Of a stretch of 64,000 nucleotides of DNA, positions 63,632 through 64,000 are shown in pieces. Origin of the DNA: an uncultured Chloroflexia bacterium (GTDB taxonomy: Bacteria; Chloroflexota; Limnocylindria; Limnocylindrales; CSP1-4); contig CAVYBU010000019.1 of the NCBI GenBank assembly GCA_963766735.1, forward strand, positions 32,001 to 96,000, read 5' to 3'. A program made the translations under genes and the position numbers. Under the pieces are notes generated by a model. That model worked only from the letters and a program-made list of their open reading frames with translations. It searched no databases and was not told the DNA's origin. Each line of letters begins with the position of its first letter. Positions within the stretch are counted from its first letter, which is position 1.

Positions 63632-64000
63632 TCATTTGCCTCCTGTGGCCGCGGGCAGGCGGCTCGCGATCTCGTGGGGGCCTCGGGCAGCTGGTGCGTC
63701 CGGCGCCATGAGGGGCAGGCGTCGCGTGATGTCCGCCACCCGGCCCTCGCGAACGGAGCGGAGAGTTGCGAGCAGCCCTGCGCCCATCGGTGGGTCGCCG
63801 CCGGCATCGACAAGGCGCGAGAACTTGTCGTCCACCTGGCGGCTGTCGAGCGGATCGTGCATCGACCCGAGCTGGCCGTGGATCTCGCGCTCGATCTCGC
63901 GGCCGTCGGACAGGCCCATCCGGACGCGGCCGCCCATCTTCCACGCGTAGGTAGCGTCGAACTCCGGCGCCGGCGTGACCGAGCGCACGCGCGCCTGCAT
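63632..64000 (-). CDS. C-terminal part of an MmgE/PrpD family protein (truncated by the window edge)
   Basis: RVRMGLSDGRE...GSMHDPLD..QVDDKF resembles the PrpD C-terminal G.P..P...KF pattern. Confidence 0.65.
   Translation of the reverse strand: MQARVRSVTPAPEFDATYAWKMGGRVRMGLSDGREIEREIHGQLGSMHDPLDSRQVDDKFSRLVDAGGDPPMGAGLLATLRSVREGRVADITRRLPLMAPDAPAARGPHEIASRLPAATGGK

Overview
Very GC-rich bacterial DNA. Protein style and gene order suggest Chloroflexota, possibly Limnocylindria-like; this is inference, not a database result. The left part (1-23.6 kb, almost all minus strand) is a conserved housekeeping block: DUF1385-prfA-prmC-HAD-tsaC-glyA-wecA/tagO-Ig-like protein-atpIBEFHAGDC-murA-mreB-PHP-flippase-like-XRE. 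The extreme left end is indel-rich (endonuclease IV tail, GT39-like gene). The right part (23.7-64 kb) is an accessory island for catabolism of methylated amines and betaines. It holds an IclR-linked corrinoid methyltransferase operon (corrinoid protein, DUF1638, 'virulence factor' domain protein, MeTr, ASKHA/RACo activator, non-pyrrolysine MttB), a ProU-type ABC importer, betA, four GcvT-family flavin/THF demethylases, ETF, a second MttB, a Liv-type ABC importer, TetR, DadA-like, OCD-like, racemase-like, ALDH and MmgE/PrpD genes. Main observations: (i) two inverted copies of an ~85-nt hairpin with compensatory base changes in the 305-bp atpD-atpC spacer; (ii) a hybrid B12-dependent plus flavin/ETF-dependent N-demethylation system with no homocysteine-binding module in the window; (iii) a MurA with Asp at the catalytic Cys position, the fosfomycin-insensitive type; (iv) a candidate uORF coupled to proV and candidate IclR/TetR operators. 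Several frameshifts, one in atpF, most likely reflect sequencing or assembly indels. No rRNA, tRNA, CRISPR array, integrase or transposase was recognised.
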